64,000 nucleotides of DNA from Pristiophorus japonicus (Eukaryota). The notes below the pieces were generated by a model. It did not search any database and was not told where the DNA came from. It was given only the letters and a program-made list of their open reading frames with translations. Positions 35,742-49,070 of this stretch are shown here, in pieces. The stretch is from contig NC_091992.1 of NCBI RefSeq assembly GCF_044704955.1, forward strand, positions 12,648,001 to 12,712,000. Reading direction: 5' to 3'. Each line of letters begins with the position of its first letter. Within the stretch, counting starts at the first letter, position 1. A program made the position numbers and the translations under genes.

Positions 35742-38700
35742 ATCATCATCGGCAGTCCCTTGGAATCGAGGAAAACTTTCTTCCACTCTTAAAAATGAGT
35801 CCTTGGGTGGCTGAACAGTCCAATACGAGAACCACAGTCCCTGTCACAGGTGGGACAGATACTCGTTGAGGGAAAGGGTGGGTGGGACAGGTTCGCTGCA
35901 CGCTCTTTCCGCTGCCTGCGCTCGATTTCTGCATGCTCTCGGCGATGTGACTCGAGGTGCTCAGCGCCCTCCCAGATGCACTTTCTCCACTTAGGGCGGC
36001 CTTTGGTCAGGGACTCCCAGGTGTCATAGAAACATAGAAAATAGGTGCAGGAGTGGGCCATTCGGCCCTTCGAGCCTGCACCACCATTCAATATCATGGT
36101 TGGACATTCCCTCAGTACCCCTTTCCTGTTTTCTCTCCATACCCCTTGATCCCCTTAGCCGTAAGGGTCATATCTAACTCCCTTTTGAATATATCCAATG
36201 AACTGGCATCAACAACTCTCTGCGGCAGGGAATTCCACAGGTTAACAACTATGAGTGAAGAAGTTTCTCCTCATCTCCGTCCTAAATGGCCTAGCCCTTA
36301 TCCTAAGACTGTGTCCCCTGGTTCTGGACTTCCCCAACATCGGGAACGTTCTACCCACAACTAAGCTGTCCCGTCCCATCAGAATCTTATATGTTTCTAT
36401 GAGATCCCCTCTCATCCTTCCAGGCGCCAATGTATAAAGGCCCAGTTGATCCAGTCTCTCCTCATATGTCAGTCCAGCCATCCCGTGAATCAATCTGGTG
36501 AACCTTCACTGCACTCCCTCAATAGCAAGAACGTCCTTCCTCGGATTAGGAGACCAGAACTGAACACAATATTCCAGGTGAGGCCTCACAAAGGCCCTGT
36601 ACAACTACAGTAAGACCTCCCTGCTCCTATACTCAAATCCCCTAGCTATGAAGGCCAACATACCATTTGCCTTCTTCACCGCATGCTGTACCTGTATGCC
36701 AACTTTCAATGACTGATGTACCATGACACCCAGGTCTTGTTGCACCTCCCCTTTTCCTAATCTGCTGCCATTCAGATAATATTCTGTCTTGGTGTTTTTG
36801 CCCCCAAAGTGGATAACCTCACATTGATCCACATTATACTGCATCTGCCATGCATTTGTCCACTCACCTACCCTGTCCAAGTCACCCTGCAGCCTCTTAG
36901 CGTCCCCCTCACAGCTCTCACCGCCACCCAGTTTAGTGTCATCTGTAAACTTGGAGCTATTACACTCAATTCTTTCATCTAAATCATTGATGTATGTTAT
37001 AAAGAGCTGGGGTCCCAGCACTGAGCCCTGCAGCACTCCACTAGTCACTGCCTGCCATTCTGAAAAGGACCCGTTTATCCCGACTCTCTGCTTCCTGTCT
37101 GACAACCAGTTCTCTATTCACGTCAGTATATTACCCCCAATACCATGTGCTTTGATTTTCCACACCAATCTCCTGTGTGGGACCTTGTCAAAAGCCTTTT
37201 GAAAGTCCAAATACACCACATCCACTTGTCCACTCTACTAGTTACATCCTCAAAAAATTCCAGAAGATTTGTAAAGCATGATTTCCCTTACATAAATCCA
37301 TGCTGAATTGGACCGATCCTGTCACTGCTTTCCAAATGCGCTATTTCATCCTTAATAATGGATTCCAACATTGTCCCCATTACTGATGTCAGGCTCACGG
37401 GTCTATAATTGCCTGTTTTCTTTCTCCCTCCTTTTTTCAACAGTGGTGTTCCATTAGCTACCCTCCAGTCCATAGGAACTGATCCAGAGTCGATAGACTT
37501 TTGGAAAATGATCACCAATGCATCCATTATTGCTAGGGCCACTTCCTTAAGTACTCTGGGATGCAGACTATCAGGCCCTGGGGATTTATTGGCCTTCAAT
37601 CCCATCAATTTCCCGAACACAATTTCCCGCTTAATAAGGATATCCTTCAGTTCCTCCTTCTCACTAAACCCTCGTTCCCCTCGTACTTCCAGAAGGTTAT
37701 TTGTGTCTTCCTTCGTGAAGACAGAACCAAAGTATTTGTTCAATTGGTCTGCCATTACTTTGTTCCCCATTATAAATTCACCTGAATCCGACTGCAAGGG
37801 ACCTACGTTTGTCTTCACTAATCTTTTTCTCTTCACATATCTATAGAAGCTTTTGCAGTCAGTTTTTATGTTCCCGGCAAGCTTCTTCTCGTACTCTATT
37901 TTCCCCCTCTTAATTAAACCCTTTGTCCTCCTCTGCTGAATTCTAAATTTCTCCCAGTCCTCAGGTTTGCTGCTTTTTCTGGCCAATTTATATGCCTCTT
38001 CCTTGGATTTAACACTATCCTTAATTTCCCTTGTTAGACATGGTTGAGCCACCTTCCCAGTTTATTTTTACTCCAGACAGGGATGTACAATTGCTGAAGT
38101 CCATGTTATCTTTAAATGTTTGCCATTTCCTATCCACCGTCAACCCTTTTAAGTATCATTTGCCAGTCTATTCTAGCCAATTCACGCCTCAAACCATCGA
38201 AGTTACCTTTCCTTAAGTTCAGGACCCTAGTTTCTGATTTAACTGTGTCACTCTCCATCTTAATAAAGAATTCTACCATGTTATGGTCACTCTTCCCCAA
38301 GGGGCCTCGCACAACAAGATTGCTAATTAGTCCTTTCTCATTACACATCACCCAGTCTTGGATGGCCAGTTCCCTAATTGGTTCCTTGACATATTGGTCT
38401 AGAAAACCATCCCTAATACACTCAAGGAAATCCTCCTCCACCACATTGCTACCAGTTTGGTTAGCCCAATCAATATGTAGATTAAAGTCACCCATGATAA
38501 CTGCTGTACCTTTATTGCACGCATCCCTAATTTCTTGATTGATGCTGTCCCCAACCTTACTACTACTGTTTGGTGGCCTGTACACAACTCCCACTAGCGT
38601 TTTCTGCCCCTTGGTATTCTGTAGCTCCACCCATACCGATTCCACATCATCCAAGCTAATGTCCTTTCTTACTATTGCATTAATTTCCTCTTTAACCAGC

Positions 38701-39857
38701 AATGCCACCCCGCCGCTTTTTCCTTTCTGTCTATCCTTCCTAAATGTTGAATACCCCTGGATGTTGAGTTCCCAGCCTTGGTCACCCTGGAGCCATGCCT
38801 CCGTGATGCCAATTACATCATAACCGTTAACTGCTATCTGCACAGTTAATTCATCCAACTTATTCCGAATACTCCTCGCATTGAGGCACAGAGCTTTCTG
38901 GTTTGTCTTTCTAACACACATTGCCCCTTTAGAATTTTGCTGTAATGTGGCCCTTTTTGCTTTTTGCCTTAGGTTTCTCTGCCCTCCACTTTTACTTTTC
39001 TTCTTTCTATCTTTTGCTTCTACCCCCATTCTACTTCCCTCTGTCTCCCTGTATAGGTTCCCATCCCCTGCCATATTAGTTTAATCCTCCCGAACAGCAC
39101 TAGCAAACACTCCCCCTCGGGCATTGGTTCCGATCCTGCCCACGTGCAGACCGTCCGGTTTGTACTGGTCCCATCTCCCCCAGAACCGGTTCCAATGTCC
39201 CAGGAATTTGAATCCCTCCCTTCTGCACCACTGCTCAAGCCATTTATTCATCTGAGCTATCCTGCGATTCCTACTCTGACTAGCACGTGGCACTGGTAGC
39301 AATCCTGAGATTACTACTTTTGTCAGTGGGCATGTTGCACTTTATCAGGGAGGCGTTGAGGGTGCGCCCACCCTAGGCTCATTTGCCGTGAAGGAGTTCC
39401 AAGTAGAGTACTTGCTTTGGGAGTCTTGTGTCTGGCATGCGAATGATGTGGCCTGCCCAGCGCTTCAATGCTGGGGATGCTGGCCTGGTCGAGGACGCTA
39501 ATGTTAGTGCGTCTGTCCTCCTAGGGGATTTGTAGGATCTTGCGGAGGCATCGTTGGTGGTATTTCTCCAGCGACTTCAGGTGCCTACTGTACATGGTCC
39601 ATGTCTCTGAACCACACAGGGCGGGTATTACTACAGCCCTGTAGACCATGAGCTTGGTGGCAGTTTTGAGGGCCTGGTCTTCAAACATGCTTTTCCTCAG
39701 GCGGTCGAAGGCTGCACTGGTGCACTGGAGGCGGCGTTGAATCTCGTCGTCAATGTCTGCTCTTGTTGATAAGAGGCTCTAGAGGTATGGGAAATGGTCC
39801 ATGTTGTCCAGGGCCACGTCGTGGATCTTGATGTCTAGAGGGCAGTGCTGTGCGGCG
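35742..39857 (-). mobile_element. RTE LINE 3' portion (35742-36026 and 39321-39857), interrupted by an inner CR1
   Basis: Encodes CPTCDRDCGSRIGLFSHPRTH with a (GAT)n tail, and LDNMDHFPYL in the RT region. The sequence is continuous across the TGTCA duplication. Confidence 0.88.
36027..39320 (-). mobile_element. Inner CR1 LINE: ORF1 esterase C-terminus plus frameshifted ORF2
   Basis: ORF 39081 (WCRREGFKFLGHW...PDGLH), ORF 38130 (APE), ORFs 37288 and 36605 (RT). TSD TGTCA at 36022-36026 and 39321-39325. Confidence 0.93.
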
Positions 39858-41920
39858 ATATATCCCAATGAGAAAGAAAGATCAAGAGAAGGGATAACTA
39901 TCCATGACTCACCAAGGAAATAAGGGATGGTATCAAATTGAAAACAAGGGAATACAACGTGGCAAAGACAAGTGGGAGGCCAGAGGATTGGGAAGCTTGT
40001 AAAAGCCAGCAAAGAATGACTCAATCTATTTTATGTTTTTTTTTTAAAAAGTAAACTCGCACAAAATATAAAAACAGATAGTAAGAGTTTCTACAGATAC
40101 ATAAAAAGGAAAAGAGTGGCTAAAGTAAATGTTCATCCCTTGGAGGATGAGACTGGGAATTAATAATGGGGAACAGGGAAATGGGAGAGAGGTTGAACAA
40201 GTATTTTGTATCGGTCTTCACAGTAGAAGACACTAAAAACATCCAAATAGTGGATAATCAAGAGGCAAAAGGGAGGGAGGAACTTAATACAATCACTAAA
40301 GTAGCAGTGCTCGGTAAATTAATGGGACGAAAGGTGGATAAGTCCCCTAGACCTGATGGCTTACATCCTAGGGTCTTAAAAGAAGTGGCTGCAGAGTTCG
40401 TGGATGCATTGGTTGTAATCTTCCAAAATTCCCTGGATTCTGGGGCTGTCCCAGCGGATTGGAAAACCGCAAATATAATGCCCCTATTTAAAAAAGGAGG
40501 CAGACAAAAAGCAGGAAACTATAGCCTAACATCTGTCATTGGGAAGATGTTGGAGTCCATTATTAAAGCAGCAGTAAGCAGGACATTTGGAAAAGCATAA
40601 TTCAATCAAGCAGAGTCAGCATGGTTTTATGAAAGAGAAATCATGTGCTGCAGTTCTTTGAGGATGTAACAAGCAGGGCGGATAAGGGGGAAACCAATGG
40701 ATGTGGTGTATTTGAATTTCCAGAAGGCATTCAATAAGGTGCCACATAAAAGGTTATTGCATAAGATAAAAGTTCATGGGGTTGGGGGTAATATTTTAGC
40801 ATGGATAGAGGATTGGCTAGATAACAGAAAACAGATCGGGATAAATGGGTCATTTTCCGGTTAGCAAACAGTAACTAGCGGGATGCCGCAGGGATCGGTG
40901 CTGGGGCCTCAACTATTTACAATCTATATTAACGACTTGGATGAAGGGACTGAGTGTAATGTAGCCAGGTTTGCTGATGATACAAAGATGGGTGGAAAAA
41001 CAAATTGTGAGGAGGACACAAAAAAATCTGCAAAGGGATATAGACAGGCTAAGTGAGTGGGCAAAAATTTGTCAGATGGGAGAATAATGTGGGAAAATGT
41101 GAGGTTATCTACTTTGGCAGAAGAAAATAGAAAAGCAAATTATAATTTAAATGGAAAAAAATTGCAAAGTGCTGCAGTACAAAAGGCCCTGGGGGTCCTT
41201 GTGAATGAAACACAAAGTTAGTATGCAGCTACAGCAAGTAATCAGGAAGGCAAATGGAATGTTGGCCTTTATTGCAAAGGGGAGAGAGTATAAAAGCAGA
41301 GAAGTCCTGCTGCAACTGTACAGGGTATTGGTGATGCCACACCTAGAATATTGCATACAGTTTTGGTTTCCATATTTAAGGAAGGATATACTTGCATTGG
41401 CGGTTGTTCAGTGAAGATTCACTCGGTTGATTCCGGAGATGAGGGGGTTGAATTATGAAGATAGGTTGAGTAGGTTGGGACTATACACATTGGAGTTCGG
41501 AAGAATGAGAGGTGATCTTATCGAAACATATAAGATAATGAGGGGGCTCAACAAGGTGGATACAGTGAGGATATTTCCACTCATAGGGGAAACTAAAACT
41601 CGGGGACAAAGCCTCAGAATAAGGGGCCGCCCATTTAAAACTGAGATGAGGAGGAATTTCTTCTCTCATAGGGTTGTAAATCTGTGAAATTCTCTGCCCC
41701 AGAGAGCTATGGAGGCTAGGTCATTGAATATATTTAAAGCGGAGATAGACAGATTTTTGAGTGATAAGGGAATAAAGGGTTATGGGGAGCGGGGAGCGGA
41801 GTCCATGATCAGATCAGCCATGATCTTAATAAGTGGCCTACCCCTGCTCCTATTTCTTATGTTCTAATGTTGATCTTCGAGAGGTGTTTGCACATCTGAA
41901 GAGTTTTCTTCCAACACTTT

Positions 41921-42945
41921 GGGCCCCAAGTTTCCACACGATAAAATACGGGTGCCCCTCCGAGCTGGGCGCCCGTTTTTCACGCCTAAAACGGCGCCGG
42001 AAAAAAAACTCGCGATTCTGGAGAGCCCTGTAGCTCCTTGTCTGTTTGGCGCGGCGCCCAGGGGGGCGGAGCCGACACTCGCGCCGATTTTGTAAGTGGG
42101 AGGGGCGGGTACTATTTAAATTAGTTTTTTTTCCTGCCGGCAACCCTGCGCGTGCGCGTTGGAGCGTTCGCGCACACGCAGTGTGAAAGAAACATTGGCA
42201 CTCGGCCATTTTTGTAGTTCTTTGTCGCTGTTTAATTTTTGAACATTTTTTAATAAAAGCACATTGCCATCAGCACTGAGGCTTCCTGCAGCCTTCTCAC
42301 GGTCTCCTTCCCGCCCGCCGTCGGGAACGTCTTCCTCTCCCCACCGCCCGCTGCGTTCGGGCGGTCCCGCACTCCCTCCCTCCCGCCGTCGGGAACGGCT
42401 TCCTCCTCCCCCCCTGCCGTCGGGAACGAATGAACAAACTTGTGAGGCTGGCTGAAGCACTTTCACACAGGTAGGAAGATGGTTTATTTAATCTTTTCTT
42501 TGCTTATAAATGTTTATTCAGGTTGGATTTATTTGTATAATATTTGTATAAGTATAAATAAGGATTTATTGTAGAATTTAATGACTTCCCTTTCCGCCCT
42601 TCCCCCCCCCCCCCCCCCCCACCACACCTCGTTCTGGACGCCTAATTTGTAACCTGCGCCTGATTTTTTAATGTGTAGAACAGGTTTTTTCAGTTCTACA
42701 AAAATCTTCACTTGCTCCATTCTAATTTAGTTTGGAGTACGTTTTCACTGTGGAAACTTTGAAATCAGGCGTCAGTGGCCGGACACGCCCCCTTTTGAAG
42801 AAAAAATTCTGTTCCAAAGTAGAACTGTTCTACCTGACTAGAGCTGCAGAAAAAAAAATGTGGAGAATTGCAATTTCTAAGATAGTCCGTTCTCCACCAG
42901 TTGCTCCTAAAAATCAGGCGCAAATCATGTGGAAACTTGGGCCCC
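41921..42945. mobile_element. CpG-rich ~1-kb non-autonomous TIR element (PIF/Harbinger-like)
   Basis: TIRs GGGCCCCAAGTTTCCACACGAT and ATCATGTGGAAACTTGGGCCCC (20/22). No transposase ORF. Confidence 0.8.
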
Positions 42946-43304
42946 TTGTCTCAATCATGCCCCTGCCCATTTTAAAATTCCTTTTATTTTCTAATTTTTC
43001 CCAGACCATCCAGCATTTCATCTCCAAGACTACGTGCAGCCAAAATGGGTTCCTTGAATGCCACTTTTCAGCTCGCTGGTCAGTGGCATGCAAGAAATAC
43101 TTGAAGGTAAATTGGAGACAGTACAGAAAAGAAAAATAGGGCTTGTTGTACATATTTTTCCCCTCTCCTTCTGATTAAAAGTACAGCCCATGGTACTTCT
43201 ATGGAGTGACCGATCAGAAATTAGAAGCCAGCAGCTCCAAAGGCTCTGAGTTTACCCTATAATGGCCACTTGGGACAGGTAGTGGAGTGCTACTGGCAAG
43301 AATT

Positions 43305-43582
43305 TACCTCGGCAACTTGCCAAGGCCTCTCCGACAGTACCTCCCAAACCCGCCACCTCTACCACCTAGAAGGACAAGGGCAGCAGGAGCATGGGAGCAC
43401 CATCACCTCCAAGTCTCACACCATCCTGACTTGGAAATATATCATCGTTCCTTCACAGTCACTGGGTCAAAATCCTGGAACTCCCTCCTCAGCAATACTG
43501 TGGGAGTACCTTCACCCCACAGACTGCAGCAGTTCAAGAAGACAGTTTACCACCACCTTCTCAAGGGCAATTAATGCTGACC
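43305..43582 (+). mobile_element. LINE 3' fragment, same family as 17105
   Basis: Encodes SFTVTGSKSWNSL...QQFKKTVYHHLLKGN. Confidence 0.8.
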
Positions 43583-44139
43583 TTGGAGGTCAAGGGGGAA
43601 ACAAAAGCCAATGACCCTGATGGCAACCCCAGCTGGAAATATGTGCACACACATCAGGTGAGGACAGGAATAGGATCAGCATCAACACTGAAGCTCTCAC
43701 TGGTCAGCGTCTGCTAATGAAAGAGTCCTCATGGCTCTACATTTAGCGTGCAGATGGTTGCATGGAACTAGTGTTTCAGGATGTGCTGCCACTGCAGTCG
43801 GTCTCTCTCAATGTAACAAGCAGCGGTTGTTGGGAATACGGACTCCTGTCACAAAAAAGGTAGTTAGTGGATTAACTGCAAACAGCTAAATCTATTAACC
43901 CATTAACTGCCTCTGAGCAGTCAACAACCCTGATGAAACTTTGACAACACTGTCATCCCACTCTCCTCTTCGTTCCCCAAGTCTATTAAAAGAATTGTTT
44001 TTTTTTCCATTTTCCAGAAGTGAGGAAGAGCCTGCACCCAAAACATGAATGAGTCTTTTCTCTTTTCAGATGGTCATGGACCACTTGGGCATTTCAAGCA
44101 CTAAGTTTTCATGCTATTTACATAGACATACAGGATATA

Positions 44140-44752
44140 GGGCTAGAATTTCCAATGCTTCACCACCCGGTTTCTCGATGGTATTGGCCGTTTTGGGCGA
44201 GAACCGGGTCGGCGAAAAATTCCCCAGCTGAGTTCCACCGGCAGTTTCGAAGTACTGCTGGGGAGCGGACTGCCGGCATGCACCATCCATAGATCACGAT
44301 GGCGCGATTTTTGGCTCAGTGGTGACCCGTAGGCAAGTTGAAAAAAAAACGCCGAGAATCAGCGGAGCAGATAAGTAGCCCTGCAAGAAAATTGTTTTTT
44401 TACTAATTATTTTAAAATTCTCTTGTAGTGATTTAAGTGAAATGGGTCCGGAGAATGTTTTTATGATTTTTTTTATTTTTTGAAAATAGTGTTTTTCTCC
44501 TCCTAGGCTCAACCTGCAGTCTCGATGTAAATTTTTAATAAATGTATTAATTATCGCCCATTTTTTAAGAACCGCCCAATCGGCCCAAGATTCCATTTTT
44601 TCGCTGAGAATCGGGATGTAACGCCCATTTTTTTCGCTAGGCGGATTTGTTTCATTTCTTGCAGGAATTTTGCGCCAGTGATAATTTTGGGAAACTTAGC
44701 GTTATTTTGGACAGCAATCGGGCGCTGGCGGATTGTTTGGAAATTCTTGCCC
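44140..44752. mobile_element. Non-autonomous TIR element (PIF/Harbinger-like MITE)
   Basis: TIRs GGGCTAGAATTTCCAA and TTGGAAATTCTTGCCC (15/16); CpG-rich interior. Confidence 0.75.
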
Positions 44753-45779
44753 ATTGTCTGTTGCTGAAAACTACCTGACATCATGATATTCTGATGTAGG
44801 GGCTAAAGACGACAGCATTTGATTGCATGTATCCTCATCTTCTGGGTCACCATCTTTATTTTGTTCACAGCTATACCACTGCACCTGCTACGCAAGTTTA
44901 TAAAAGTAAGTCTATACTGCATTAAAGCTACATTTATGGCAGAGTGTCAAAGGCAGTAATTTAACATCCTGAATCTGTTGATATTCATAAACCGCTGAGC
45001 TTCACCTTTGCAGTTGCAAGACAGCACTAGAAACATACAAGTGAATGACTCCTCCTTTCCCACTTTCCAGTTGTCTATAATCCTATGCACACATATTGAT
45101 GATCTACTAGTGTAGGTTTGAAGCAGTAATGAGTTAATGTTTGATTTTATATCTTAATTTTGTCAAAAAATCTGGCTCACAAGCTCCTTTCTGGCTTCTT
45201 GACATCAGTCACAAAACAATCCCTCAACTGTAGATGGAGCAAACAATTTGATAACACGGATATTCTAGTAGAGAAATCCATTAAAGGTCAGAATTTGAAA
45301 AGTTTATTAGTAGTAATTATTTCAGAAAGTTATCATTCTTGCTTCGGTTTACCATCAGCCATCAGAGTTGTAGCATGAGCCATAATCTTTATCCTTTGGT
45401 TAGTACGTAATTGCAGGACCTAACACTCATGGACAATATCTGATCCTTTGTTGCTAGGACTTGAGCACAGACCCTTCCCACAAAGCACCAGGGTGCTTCC
45501 TGTGGCTCCAAGTTCGTTGTTTAATTCAACAAAAAGTCATGGGTGTCGCTCGTGATCCAACTCTACTTTAGAGTGCTATCAATAGTGGAAGTACTATGTT
45601 CCATCAGATTTTTGCACACCTATTCATTTAAGAGCGCCACATGCTCAAGAGTCCATTCCCGCAAAGCAAAACCAACAGGAGCAGATGATGGTAAGGTCTC
45701 GCAGCTCTGGAGGCAAATAGAGACAGGGATTGGCAAAACCCTGGGGCGGGGGAGAAAGAGATTTAAATACAATGCATGA

Positions 45780-47920
45780 GAATTGTAAATCTAAAGCACT
45801 GAGCGCCCTTGAGCCAAATGTAGGTCAGAGAGTATGGGGTGATGGGCAACTTGCACTTTGTACAGGATAGGATACAGGCAAGAGTGTTTTGGATGAGAAG
45901 TTTGTGGAAGGATGAGAAACTGGTCAGAAGAGCATTCGAATGGTCATGTCTGCAAGTGACAAAGACACAGATGAAGACTTCTGCAGCAGGTGGGCTGAAG
46001 TAGAGGCAGAGACGGAGGATGTTGGATGTGGAAGTAGGCGGTCTTTATGATGAAGAAGATATCGAGTCAGAAGATTAGATCGGGGTCAAATACAACATCA
46101 AGATTACAAACAGACTGAAACAGGAGGAAATGGAATCAAGCCAAAGACAATAAGCTTTGGTATTCTCCATGTTCAACTGCAGGAAATTGTAAATATCCAA
46201 GACTAGATATCAGACAAGCAGTCTGACAACAGAGGTAATGGAGGAGTCGAGAAGCAACGGAGGGGTCGAGCTGGGTGCCAGGGTGTTCATGTAGAAGCTG
46301 ACCCCATGACTGCCGATGATGTAGCCAAGGGGCAGGATGATGAGGAGAAAAGCAGGCCAAGAATGGATCCTTGGAGGACTTTCAAGGATCAAGTGTGAGG
46401 ATGGGAAGAGAATCCATTGCTAAAAAAGCTTTGGCTAAAGGTGGAAATCAAGCGAGTGCAGTCCCATCGAGCGGTACATCAGAGAAGTATATGGTCATAT
46501 GGTCAACCGTGCCAAAGGCTGCCGAGAACTCAACAGCAACTTGTATTTATATAGCGCCTTTAACATAGTGAAACATCCCAAGGAACTTCACAGGAGTATT
46601 ATGAGATTTAAAAAATTGACACCGAGCTGCATAAGGAGAAATTGGCGCAAGTGACCAAAAGCTTGGTCAGTTATGTTTTAAGGAATATCTTGAAGGAGGA
46701 AGGAGAGGCAGAGAGGTATAGACAGGGAGTGCCAGAGCTTGGGGCCCAGGCAACAGAAGGCATGGCCACCAATGGTTGAGCGATTATAATCGGGGATGCT
46801 CAAGAGGGCAGAATTAGAGGAGCGCAGACATCTCGGGGGGGGGGGGGGGGGGGAACGGGAGGAGATTAGAGAGATAGGGAGGGGCGAGACCTTGGAGGGA
46901 TTTGAAAACAAGGATGAGAATTTTGAAATCGAGGCGTTGCTTATTCAGAAGCCAATATAGGTCAGTGAGCACAGGGATGATGGGTGAGCAGGACTTGGTG
47001 CGAGTTAGGACACGGGCAGCAAGTTTTGGATCACCTGTAGTTTACGTAGGGTAGAATGTGGGAGGCCAGCCAGGCGTACGTTGAAAGAGTCAAGTCCAGA
47101 GGTAACAAAGGCATGGATGAGGGCTTCAGCAGCGGATGAGCTGAGACAAGGGCAGAGATGGGTGATGTTATGGAGGTGGAAATAGGCGGTCTTAGTTATG
47201 CTGCGGATATGTGGTCAAGTAGAAAGAATGATGCAACACAGTCACAGAGAATGCTATTCATTACTTTGATCTGGACTGCTTCTGTGTTGTGGGAGGTGCA
47301 GAAATCTGATGGAGGGATTAAAACAGGAAATTGCAGGAGAGATGGGTACAGATCGGGGATGTAACATGTTCAAGGACTTTGGAAGGAAAATGGAGGTTGG
47401 AGAGAGTTGTTGTTTGCAAGGACAAAGGTATCAAAGGTGGGTTCTTTCAAGTGGTGGCAATGACAGCAGTTTTCAAAGGGAAGGGGATTGTGCCTGAGGA
47501 AAGGGAGACATTTACAATATCAGTTTGTAAGGAGCCAGGAGGGGAAGCGGAATGAAAGATAGGATCAGGAGTAGAGCATTCTGCGACTCAAGCCTGCTCC
47601 GCCATTCAATTGGATCATGGCTCATCTGTAACTCAACTCCAATTTGCTTCATATCCCTCAATACTCCTACCCAACAAAAAATCATCAATCTCAGTCTTGA
47701 AAATGTCAATTGATCCCCTAGCATCCACAGCCGTGAGGTGGGGGGGGGGGGGGGGGGGGGGGGGGGGAGAAATCAGATTTCCACTACCCTGGTGTAAAAA
47801 AAAGTGCTTCCTGATTCCATTCCTAAATGCATGGTCAGCAGTTTAGTGGAAATGGTGTCAAGCAAGCAGGAGGTGAGTCTCAAGATGAGATGATCTTAGA
47901 GGGAATCGGGAAAGAAAGGA
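45780..47920 (-). mobile_element. Old L2 LINE RT region split by a younger L2 (~46535-47217) and a CR1 3' fragment (~47555-47830)
   Basis: SAAFGTVDH (the L2 DLSAAFDTVDH motif) at ~46500-46530, with the host resuming at ~47218. The inner L2 encodes LRSSNSALLSIPDYNRSTIGGHAF. Confidence 0.72.
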
Positions 47921-49070
47921 ATGCACTTCAAAGCATCACTATGTCAGCCCCATCAATAAGCATGAGCTGCAGACACAGTTTTTTCAGGTTCTGAGTGAGA
48001 CAGTAGATATCAGAAGCAGAACAGTACCCGAAGGTTCACCCCCTACACCAATCTCTCAAGCTCTCCAATGCTTGCTTAGAGACAGGCCAACTCGCCACCC
48101 TCATGATTAATGATGCTTCTTTATAAAACATATATTACAGTAATATTAGATCTGAAGTTTCAGTTACAGAAATTTGGCACAATGCTTCAAATTCAACCTC
48201 TATTTATTTCAATGAGACTAAACTATTCACCCATTGGCTTTAAGGACAAATGGAAGAAAATCCTTTGGACAACAATTTAAAAACCAAACCTTTAAACACA
48301 AAAAGATTGGACATCAAAGTTTGACACACGGGTTTGGCGATGCTCATCCTGCAGAGCAGTATTTTAGAGTGTTCATTGACACTCCTATGCCAGCCAATGA
48401 GTTGGAGGCGGGGCAGGACTTACAGCAGGACTCACAGTAAACAGTGCATCTTACAGCAAAGTACAGTCTATTTACTCAGAAAATAGTTTGTTTAAACAAC
48501 ACACTGCAGCCAAGTCTACCGATTCTCCATAAACTCCAGCAAATAGAACTCATGACCTAAACTACAGCAATGTCTCCTGATAAAAGCGTGGTTAATTCAC
48601 CAGCAAAATGCAGAGTGGAGGATAGTTACACAATACAAATTGTGTGTGAAATCCAATCTCAGTCACTTACAGCAGGCGTAACTGATGGGGAAATCACCCA
48701 ATCATCTCCATTCTGGCCGGGAATAATGGTGTCACTGTATGCAGCCATATTTTAATGGAGTAAACCTTTTTATCTGCAATTAGCATCATGCATTTAAGTA
48801 CTTCACTTGGATTAAACCAAGATAGAATTTGATGGTGTGCCACCATTGCATGTCTTATGCTTAAGTAGCCTTTGATTCGCACAACGATTTTGGTCACCAT
48901 CTTGAAAATCCTCTTACTGGGGACTGAAATTAGGAATTAGGACAGGTACAGCACATGCGGCAACAACCTGTCCTGTACCATGTCGCTAAGTTCCATGTGT
49001 TAGCTTGGCAGCACTCCTGCTTCCAAGTCACATATGCCTGTGGTTTTAACCTCCATTCAGGAATTTGAGC

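Larger units (their letters stand above)
34765..41870 (+). mobile_element. Outer CR1 LINE (APE part 34765-35739; RT part 39858-41870) split by nested insertions
   Basis: LYLNARSI and GVVYRPPNS APE motifs on the left. ...CAACAAAAATA resumes as ATATATCCCAATGAG at 39858. RT motifs and the 3' tail are on the right. Confidence 0.9.
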
